Shown piece after piece: positions 63,358 through 64,000 of a DNA stretch of 64,000 nucleotides. This DNA comes from Felis catus. Lineage: Eukaryota. The first letter of the stretch is position 1. Each line of letters opens with the position of its first letter. The position numbers were made by a program, and so were the translations under genes. The notes under the pieces are model-generated. The model was not told the origin of the DNA. It did not search any database and saw only the letters and a program-made list of their open reading frames with translations. Where the stretch lies: positions 117,988,001-118,052,000 of the forward strand of contig NC_058368.1 of assembly GCF_018350175.1 (NCBI RefSeq), read 5' to 3'.

Positions 63358-63475
63358 TGGGTGCCTGGCAGGCTCATCACTTGAGCACGTGAGTCTTGAT
63401 CTTGGGTTGTAAGTTCCAGCCCCATGTTGGGTACAGACATTACGTAAAAATAAATTCTTAAAAAAAAAAAAAAGA
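63358..63475 (+). mobile_element. Short older carnivore SINE
   Basis: gggtgcctggcaggctca...tcttgatcttgggttgtaagttccagccccatgttgggtacagacattac, then A tail. Confidence 0.85.
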
Positions 63476-63678
63476 AAAAACTATTCATATCAATTTATAA
63501 CTTGGTTTTTTTCACTTAATATATTATGAACCCCTTTGGATGCCAGTAACTTTACATTCAGAGCATCGTTCCAAATGGGTAAACTGTGATGGATACATCG
63601 CAAAAATGGAATGCTATTTTCTTGTGTGGCCATTTTGAGTAATAGTAATTATTACTGTATTTAAAAATAGCAGACATC

Positions 63679-63898
63679 AGGCCTCCTGGATGGTTCAGTC
63701 AGTTGAGCGTCTGACTCTTTATTTTGGCTCAGATCATGATCTCACCATTTGTGAGTTTGAGCCCCGTGTTAGGCTCTTTGCTGACTCTGTGGAGCCTGAT
63801 TGGGATTCTCGCTCTTTCTCTCTCTCTCTCTCTCTGCCCCTCCCCACCGTTTGCATGCCCTCTCTCTCACCCTCTCTCAAGATAAATAAATAAACATA
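63679..63898 (+). mobile_element. CAN-SINE
   Basis: Head, CT tract and A tail; flanking repeat aaaaatagc. Confidence 0.92.
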
Positions 63899-64000
63899 AA
63901 AAAATAGCTAACTTCAAGGCTCTGCCTCATGCTGTGCTAAGAGCCTTGTGCGTATTCTCTAATTTAATCCTCATAGTAACTAGGGTTTCTTACAGGGAAC

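Noticed and set aside
883..63893. Recurring ORFs such as MAQSVKRPTSAQVMISRFVSSSP...
   Set aside because: These are translations of CAN-SINE copies, not a gene family.

Overview
Mammalian, cat-family (felid) genomic DNA. It is intronic/intergenic, and I can support no intact protein-coding exon in it. About 47 tRNA-Lys-derived CAN-SINE copies or fragments (many with clear target-site duplications, TSDs) sit among older repeats: L1/HAL1, L2, MIR, MaLR and MER31-type LTRs, and hAT/Tigger DNA transposon relics. The main non-repeat landmarks are a CpG island at about 18.6-19.45 kb inside a 7.3-kb SINE-free zone (probable promoter of an unidentified gene), an adjacent perfect heat-shock element framed by inverted RBPJ sites, and a TATA-box/5'-splice-site candidate first exon near 46.1 kb. 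Two retroposed mRNA relics are present. One is an internally deleted RPL32 processed pseudogene, inserted in a Zaphod-like hAT transposase relic and itself split by a SINE. The other is an unidentified ~110-bp CpG-rich polyadenylated fragment with TSDs. The ORF track is explained by repeats and chance ORFs. I see no convincing new biological system; the findings are nested-insertion histories and regulatory candidates. Repeat subfamily names come from recalled consensus sequences and need Dfam/RepeatMasker confirmation. Boundaries are approximate unless TSDs are quoted.
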